The position numbers were made by a program, and so were the translations under genes. The notes under the pieces were generated by a model. The model was not told where the DNA came from and searched no databases. It was given only the letters and a program-made list of their open reading frames with translations. Of a stretch of 64,000 nucleotides of DNA, positions 57,601 through 64,000 are shown in pieces; position 1 is the stretch's first letter, and each line of letters opens with the position of its first letter. The stretch is taken from the NCBI GenBank assembly GCA_965203295.1, contig CBDBCZ010000017.1, forward strand, positions 864,001-928,000, read 5' to 3'. This DNA comes from Nitrospirales bacterium. GTDB lineage: Bacteria; Nitrospirota; Nitrospiria; Nitrospirales; UBA8639.

Positions 57601-58271
57601 ACACACTGTCGTGATATCCAACTACTGGCTCTACCGTGTGATATCAGTACATTGTGCATGTGGGATTTCCGTGATCATTTAGGTTTGGCGGGATCACTTA
57701 GCTGTATATCATCCATGATGGTATGCCTTCCCGTGATACAACCTGGTGTACTGGCTTAACGCTGTGATACATATTAATGGATAATTTTCTACTTGCAGGT
57801 ATGGAAGATATCCTTCCGAATAAACGTCCCTACATCCCCCGTTTGTTTAAGGTTAGTACATGGTGTAGCTCTGCCCGTACCGATATGAATATGAATATGA
57901 ATGAATATAGATACATCACTGTCTCCAGAAAAGGTGCATGTCTTAAACTTAATATTCACTGACGGTTAAAGATACATCCCTTCTTCTGGAAAGCTAAAGA
58001 ATGTGGGTTAAGTTGTTTTGACAATTTTGACATTGGTATATATACCTTTACACATGTATAATAGAAACTGACAGTGTTAGTGGGAGAGCCAATGGACTTC
58101 AATTCTATCGTAAGGCAACACAAAGAGGAGGTGTGTACCAGTGCTGTCATACTCAGAAGACAGATTACCGACACCATCCAGGACAAAATGGCAGAACTGA
58201 GAACACATGCCGAAGCGTTGCACAGAAACTGGAACGTTAGGTCACCAGTTGCTTTCAGACGTTTGAAATAG
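48631..58271 (+). CDS. TAZ: Tafazzin (cardiolipin transacylase), 271 aa
   Basis: Exons 48631-48739, 49606-49734 ([12 protein letters not shown], HxxxxD motif), 50071-50116, 50908-50993, 51626-51706 (GDGVYQRGM...WVHIFPEG), 52320-52361 (KVN...RLKWG), 55838-55900 (VGRLIAE), 57799-57851 ([13 protein letters not shown]), 58065-58271. Confidence 0.95.
48800..49600. repeat. (CACT/CACC)n tetranucleotide array filling most of the first TAZ coding intron
   Basis: Direct reading. Confidence 0.95.
50674..50788. mobile_element. Short TA-TSD MITE
   Basis: CCATAAACTCTGGAGTA...TACTCCAGAGTTTATGG; a related end lies at ~58513-58620. Confidence 0.75.
51100..51270. repeat. Element with an internal 15-bp TGACAAAGTGGGAAT tandem repeat
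   Basis: About 6 copies, with inverted related sequence at the 5' end. Confidence 0.75.
51402..51488. mobile_element. TAGCCTCG-ended mini-MITE with 9-bp TSD, nested in an older copy
   Basis: TAGCCTCGTACCCA...TGGGTACGAGGCTA; TSD CCCTAATGC. Confidence 0.82.
53100..53240 (+). mobile_element. Second copy of the tRNA(Thr)-like SINE
   Basis: AGCATCTGACTAGTATTCAGAAGGTCCTGGGTTCAATCCCCAGCTGGGTCCC plus the tail TTTCTTTACT..CAGAAAG.TTATCATC shared with 21290-21430. Confidence 0.7.
53295..55805. mobile_element. 2.5-kb non-autonomous foldback DNA transposon with ~780-bp TIRs (Sola2-like by its termini)
   Basis: GGGTAATTCC...GGAATTACCC termini flanked by ATAT on both sides. Arms ~53295-54079 and ~55018-55805 are near-perfect reverse complements. 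No transposase ORF. Confidence 0.85.
56801..57302. mobile_element. TA-TSD MITE
   Basis: CCGTAAACTACGTATTATCTGCCCATG...CATGGGCGGATAATACGTACTTTACAG flanked by TA. Confidence 0.8.
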
Positions 58272-60402
58272 TTCAGTATCGTGTAGATATCCTTTGTTTT
58301 GTCAGTTGTACACATGTTAGTATAATATGTTGTCTGTTGCAGCTGTTGGCTTACGATCATTCTCATTACTTTATTTTTATGCTGACATCTTAGAAATGAG
58401 GCTGTAAATAATGCACATTCTTGACCCAAAACATTCCATCTGTATTCATACTTGTGATGTGTTAAACTCAAAACAACAACTAGTCAATATAATATGATCT
58501 ATAGCAGTGTATACTATAAACTCTGGAGTTCAAGTACCCATGCGCATCAAATACAAATTCCCTCTGAATATAAGTACCCATTAAACCAGTTATTTACTTT
58601 CTGAATAGTAGTACCCATGCAAATAAAATCATTGCTGTATGTAGGTAGGAGTTAGACCTCAAAGTAGTGTCACTTGACATGTAGTACATTTTTGTGAGTC
58701 TTTCATCTGCTATCAAGGGACTCAACATATAGTAACTGGAGAAGGTTCCAGGAACCTCACTCCAGTTACCATGTTTAGTCCCATGTGGCTAGATTAAAGA
58801 CTCACAATTCAATTTGTACATAATTTGTATGGAATATCATAGGAGTAACAAGTCACCACTTTTTGGTCTAACTCCTACCCCCATAGCTACTCAGATCAGG
58901 TATTCTTATTATATTTTTTTGTCTCATGTTTGGGAGGAGGAAGTTTCTTTAGACCACTCTGGTTCTCAGCCCTTCAATAAATTATTGTTGTGGTATAACA
59001 ATAGACTGATGCATATATAATTATAATATACTATATACACATGTATTTATAGTATAAATTTATAAGTATAAGGAATAGCACTGTAAACTGAACACATATC
59101 ATGCCATCCGATATCGGTTGATGTTGTTAGATGTGACGTGATAAACCGACTACAATAGCAGCACTTCCTTAAGTATCCTCAGGCAGCTGTACATGTACTG
59201 CTGGGAAACTGCTATAGGCATGCATATACTGCAAAATTAACCACTTGTGTACGTATTGCTAGGTGTTCCCAGTTGGAACCATTTATAAGCATTCTACCCT
59301 GTGTCCCAACATGCCAACCACATGAATTTGAATTGTGGACTAATCAAGATAATTAGCTATCAACACAAGCCTAAGGTTGTATGCATGGTATATGGCCCTG
59401 TTTTCACTGTGCTGTACTATGGACTTACTATACACAGCTGAAATAGAACTGTCATATTGTGTGCACCATTGTTTGGCCTCAGGTTGGTTAATACATCCTG
59501 CAGGCTGGCTGTTGCTGTGCTACCGTCTTCTCTCCGTAGCACCATGATGTATCCACAGAATAGAATTATCATATTGACTAGTGGGTTGTTGTTTGAGTTT
59601 CAACACATCACAAGCATGGATACAGATTGATTGCTGTGGGTCAAGAATGTGAAAGCATTTACGTTACAGATGATTAAAGTGCATCACTGAGGTGAATCAT
59701 GTAGAAGAGGCAGAGGAAGACTGAAGTGTGTTATTGCTGTTATCCATGCATGTTGAAACCCAAACAACATAGCTTGTATAGCAACATTGTATAGCTTTTA
59801 CAAGGAACCATGTAACTTCCCCACTTAACAATGCATGCTTGTGTTGCATTGTACAATAGAGTACTATAGTAGTGGAGTGGCATGAAAGCTCTACTCTCTA
59901 TATATATACTCTGTACGTACATACAGTTGTTTTGATTGACTGCTTAGTGGTTACATGAATGCAGGTGTTTGATAGCCTCGTTCCCAGGCAGGCCCGCAAC
60001 TTTTTCGGTTGCACAAAAATGATGCGGGCCTGGGAACAAAGCTAGACGTCTGGCACGTGGGTAGGAGTTATAATTTACTATCAGTGTGCCAGTGATCTGT
60101 ACGTAACTTATATATACTAAGAAACTGACATATCATACAAAATGTGAGTCTTTGGAATATACCAAATGGAGGGTGTTCCTAAAGGTTAGAGCTAAATAGG
60201 GTTAGGGGTAAGGTTTGGGTTCGATTGAATGATTCTGCGGAAGTAATTTGGCAGATAACTAGAGTCTGGTTCCTAAGATAAGCAGTGTTAATGTGAAGCA
60301 GAACAGTTAAGAAAGAACAAAACATGTATGGCCTATTGCACACAGGAGTTGACTTCCTAAAATAACATGATGAGTTAATTATTCACTTTGTCAATGGCAT
60401 GT

Positions 60403-62064
60403 TCACACTTCAAGTTTTCTGTTGCATGTTTCCTTCGCAGAACCAGGGCACACAGAAATCCAGTTGTGTTCGGGAGCAGTATAATTGTGGAAGTACTGAG
60501 AAAGTGTCACAAAGTTTTTTCTCATCGTACTTTGGAAACTTCCACCCCCCATCGCAACAAGCATGTCCCCTTGCACAAGAGCATGTGACTCCACTAAGGA
60601 CGCAAACCCGGAATTCTGAGGCACCCCACTGAAAGTTTTTACATCAAACTCGACTCTCTGGATACCCACTTGACTAAGCCGTTTCAAAATCTTGTCTGAA
60701 CTAGTTTTGCAGAATGATATCGGCATTGTTTTTTGACCGGAACGACATGCATCGGTCCCATACATTCCATAGTCACTGAACACAAGAGTGCCTTTCAAAT
60801 GATACTTGTGTAGAGTGTTGTTAATCACAGACAGTACTTCCTGAGTACAACAATTGATATAATCAGGATTAAATGCTGCCCTCTGAATTACTTTCTCAAT
60901 GCGCAGATGAACAGAGAGAAATGGCTTTTCTATGGCCAAAGACTGAAGGAACAACTTGGACGTGTTCAACACCTCAGCACTACGAGGCATAACATCTAAT
61001 TTGCACTTCTGCATCAATTCTTGACTGGGTTCATCAAATTTGTAAGCAGTTCTTTGCCCTTGCCATATTATGAAGAGTACACTTTCACGATAATTTTGTT
61101 TCCAGTTTCGAGCAATTAAATTTGACAGATTAGTAAGAGAAACGGTCGTGTGGTAATCTACGCATATCATGCGGCTTATGACAAATTTTTCCTGGTGACC
61201 TATATAGTTAGAGTTCAGTTTCTGAGAATTTAGTCTGTTTTCAAAGTTTTTGATAACACCCATGGTTTTACCTGCATCTGTACAATCCATTATTGCTTTG
61301 GCTGCTGATCGTAAAGTTGACATGAAGTATGCATTGCTCTCCTTGCTCACAATAATATTTACTTTTGTCACAAAATAAACAAGCACAATATTGCGATATG
61401 AATCGGCCAGAAAGTTTTTGAGCTTAAAAATTACCTCGGAACCTTGGTTTGGTCCTAACAGGCAACTGCCAAGCATTCTGTTAGCTTGGGGTAAATCAAA
61501 TAGTCTGCTGTAGTCATACATCATGACTTTTCTCGGTAGGTGTAGTCCGTATAACCTGGAGTCCAACACAAGTGGCTCCACAGCCCTCATTCCCCACGGG
61601 GCTGCCAGGTTCACAAAGGAGACAAAGTGCCTGGAGGCCATGGTCAACTGTTCTGGGTAATGGAACGACAGCATATATTGGTACCTTCGTTCAGCATTGC
61701 TGCTCTTTGGCCCGCCTGACTGACTTGTAACAGCTACTGAGTCAGGTGTCTTGTCCGGGTCAAGCCTTGCTGTAGCGATGGCAGTTACCGAAGTCTTGTC
61801 CGGGTCCAACCTTGCTGTAGTACTAGTAATGAAGTATTTCTCGGTCTGGTCTATACGCTTAAGCTTAATCTCTATTTCTGAGCCCACCTGTACCAATCGC
61901 GAGTATCCACTGGTGCTTGAGTCCACATTGATCGCTGCTGGACCGTGGCCGGATACAGAGTAGAACAGAACTCCAACAATACTGCACACAGCAAATAACA
62001 AGATAAGTGTACCTTGGATAAATATCTTATAGGTTCCCGTTGCGAAAGAGTTGAAAATCTTCAT
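60403..62064 (-). CDS. Type II membrane glycosyltransferase, O-fucosyltransferase (POFUT/GT-B)-like, single exon, 553 aa
   Basis: N-terminal TM anchor and Ser/Thr-rich stem, then PFLSVHLRIEK (HxR), LVFSDYG and ASLVE..ALVQGD.LV..GGGSFQ, which are typical GDP-fucose-binding motifs. First ATG at 62064. Confidence 0.8.
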   Translation of the reverse strand: MKIFNSFATGTYKIFIQGTLILLFAVCSIVGVLFYSVSGHGPAAINVDSSTSGYSRLVQVGSEIEIKLKRIDQTEKYFITSTTARLDPDKTSVTAIATARLDPDKTPDSVAVTSQSGGPKSSNAERRYQYMLSFHYPEQLTMASRHFVSFVNLAAPWGMRAVEPLVLDSRLYGLHLPRKVMMYDYSRLFDLPQANRMLGSCLLGPNQGSEVIFKLKNFLADSYRNIVLVYFVTKVNIIVSKESNAYFMSTLRSAAKAIMDCTDAGKTMGVIKNFENRLNSQKLNSNYIGHQEKFVISRMICVDYHTTVSLTNLSNLIARNWKQNYRESVLFIIWQGQRTAYKFDEPSQELMQKCKLDVMPRSAEVLNTSKLFLQSLAIEKPFLSVHLRIEKVIQRAAFNPDYINCCTQEVLSVINNTLHKYHLKGTLVFSDYGMYGTDACRSGQKTMPISFCKTSSDKILKRLSQVGIQRVEFDVKTFSGVPQNSGFASLVESHALVQGDMLVAMGGGSFQSTMRKNFVTLSQYFHNYTAPEHNWISVCPGSAKETCNRKLEV

Positions 62065-62106
62065 CTTCGTCGGCTTATTGTAATTTACTTGTAAACCTAT
62101 TCCCAA

Positions 62107-62331
62107 TAGTCTCGTGCCCTCACTGCACTGTAATTCTGCAGATAACGGATTCCATATATACCGTGCACCACGTGAAGGTGGTTAATGGCCAGACCCTCCC
62201 ATTTCTGAATTTTATGTGGGCGAGTTGCAGCTGGGTGTGGCCGTTGAACTTCCCGCGTTAGTCGTGCTGAGAACCTCCCGAGTAACGTATACAGGCGTGC
62301 GCACGTGAGGGAGGGTCTGGGCACAAGACTA
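62107..62331. mobile_element. TAGTCTCG-family element at the axis of the inverted glycosyltransferase pair
   Basis: TAGTCTCGTGCCC...GGGCACAAGACTA termini, matching the TIR of 580-855. Confidence 0.7.
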
Positions 62332-62374
62332 ATTTGGAGTAGGTTTGCAAGTAAATTACAATAAGCCGACGAAG

Positions 62375-64000
62375 ATGAAGCTTTTCAACCCTTTTGCAAC
62401 GGGAACCGGCAAGATATTTATCCAAGGTACACTTATCTTGTTATTTGCTGTGTGCAGTATTGTTGGAGTTCTGTTCTACTCTGCATCTGGCCACGGTCCA
62501 GCAGCGAACCGTGTGGGCTCGAGTCAGGGATACTCACGATTGGTACAGGTGGCCACCCGGGGCTCAGAAATGGAGATTAAGCGTATAGACCAGACCGAGA
62601 AATACTTCATCACTAATACTACATCAAGCCTTGACCCGGACAAGACTTCAGTAACTGCCATCGCTACAGTAAGCCTTGACCCGGACAAGACGTCTGACTC
62701 AGTAGCTGTTACAAGTCAGTCAGGCGGGCCAAAGAGCAGCAATGCTGAACGACGGTACCAATATATGCTGTCGTTCCAATACCCAGAACAGTTGACTCAG
62801 GCCTCCAGACACTTTGTCTCCTTCATGAACCTGGCAGCCCAGTGGGGAATGAGGGCCGTGGAGCCACTTGTGTTAGACTCCAAGTTATACGGACTACACA
62901 TACCGAGAAAAGTCATGTATGACTACAGCAGGCTATTTGATTTACCCCAAGCTAACAGAATACTTGGCAGTTGCCTGTTAGGACTGAACCAAGGGTCCGA
63001 GGTAATTTTTAAGCTCAAAAACTTTCTGGCCGATTCATATCGCAATATTGTGCTTGTTTATTTTGTGACAAAAATAAATATAATAGTGAGCAAGGAAAGC
63101 AACGCATACTTTAAATCAAATTTACGATCAGGAGCAAAAGCAATGATTGATTGTACAAGTGCAGGTAAGGCCACGGGTGTTATCAAAAGCTTTGAAAACA
63201 GACTAAATTCTCAGAAACTGAACTCTAACATAGGTCACCAGGCAAGATTTGCCGTAAGCCGCATGATATGCGTACATTCCCGCACGACCGTCTCCCTTGC
63301 TAATCTGAGAAATTTAATTGCTCGGAACTGGAAACATAATTATCGTGAAAGTGTACTCTTCATAAGATGGCAAGGAGAGAGATCTGCGTACAAATTTGAT
63401 GAACCCAGTCAAGAATTGATGCAGAAGTGCAGATTAGATGTTATGGCTCATAGTGCTGAGGTGTTGAACATGTCCAAGCTGTTCCTTCAGTCTTTGTCCA
63501 TAAAAAAGCCATTTCTCTCTGTTCATCTGCGCATTGAGAAAGTAATTCAGAAGGCAGCATTTAATCCTGATTATATTAATTGTTGTACTCAGGAAGTACT
63601 GTCTGTGATTAACAACACGCTACACGAGTATCATTTGAAAGGCACTCTTGTGTTAAGTGACTTTGGAGCGTATGGGACTAATACGTGTCATTACGGTCGA
63701 AAAACAGTGCCCAAATCATTCTGCAGAACCCGTGCAGACAAGATTTTGAAACGGCTTAGTCAAGGGGGTATCCAGACAGTTGAGTTTGATGTAAAAACTT
63801 TCAATGGAGTGCCTCAGAATTCCGGGTTTGCGTCCTTAGTGGAGTCACATGCTCTTGTGCAAGGGGACATGCTTGTTGCGATGGGGGGTGGAAGTTTCCA
63901 AAGTACGATGAGAAAAAACTTTGTGACACTTTCTCAGTACTCCCACAATTATACTGCTCCCAAACACAACTGGATTTCTGTGTGCCCTGGTTCTGCAGAG
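62375..64000 (+). CDS. Inverted paralogue of the O-fucosyltransferase-like gene; open to the window edge (542 codons)
   Basis: ATG AAG CTT TTC at 62375. Collinear with the 60403-62064 protein, with only in-frame indels. Absent from the ORF track because its stop lies outside the window. Confidence 0.85.
   Translation, partial: MKLFNPFATGTGKIFIQGTLILLFAVCSIVGVLFYSASGHGPAANRVGSSQGYSRLVQVATRGSEMEIKRIDQTEKYFITNTTSSLDPDKTSVTAIATVSLDPDKTSDSVAVTSQSGGPKSSNAERRYQYMLSFQYPEQLTQASRHFVSFMNLAAQWGMRAVEPLVLDSKLYGLHIPRKVMYDYSRLFDLPQANRILGSCLLGLNQGSEVIFKLKNFLADSYRNIVLVYFVTKINIIVSKESNAYFKSNLRSGAKAMIDCTSAGKATGVIKSFENRLNSQKLNSNIGHQARFAVSRMICVHSRTTVSLANLRNLIARNWKHNYRESVLFIRWQGERSAYKFDEPSQELMQKCRLDVMAHSAEVLNMSKLFLQSLSIKKPFLSVHLRIEKVIQKAAFNPDYINCCTQEVLSVINNTLHEYHLKGTLVLSDFGAYGTNTCHYGRKTVPKSFCRTRADKILKRLSQGGIQTVEFDVKTFNGVPQNSGFASLVESHALVQGDMLVAMGGGSFQSTMRKNFVTLSQYSHNYTAPKHNWISVCPGSAE

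Noticed and set aside
60403..64000. Inverted glycosyltransferase pair as a fold-back assembly artefact
   Set aside because: The copies differ by many substitutions and in-frame indels, which is too divergent for chimeric reads; long-read confirmation is still advisable

Overview
Intron-rich, repeat-rich eukaryotic (animal) DNA. The TACATGTA-rich intergenic sequence, TAGCCTCG-ended MITEs and protein families suggest a demosponge, which is an inference. Reading splice sites directly gives these genes: (1) the 5' half of an ABCB1/P-glycoprotein gene on the minus strand (14 exons, 31374 down to 1379, continuing off the left edge). It hosts a nested antisense secreted-protein gene (5020-6234) and a decayed Crypton-type tyrosine-recombinase element (~21420-23200). 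(2) A single-exon, Cys-rich, probably GPI-anchored protein with an internal duplication (36176-37423). (3) Two intact, highly diverged tandem paralogues of mitochondrial SSB (39074-43603 and 44026-47636, minus). (4) Tafazzin (48631-58271, plus), head-to-head with SSB. (5) An inverted pair of O-fucosyltransferase-like genes (60403-62064 minus; 62375 to beyond 64000 plus), with a MITE at the symmetry axis. The most striking non-genic patterns are introns that begin with (UG)n and end with (CA)n running right up to acceptors that have no polypyrimidine tract (possible structure-assisted splicing), repeated tandem amplification of splice-site sequences, and a diverse family of TAGYCT-ended elements with 9-bp target duplications. 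No CRISPR array or rRNA is seen. All calls were made by eye, with no database searches.
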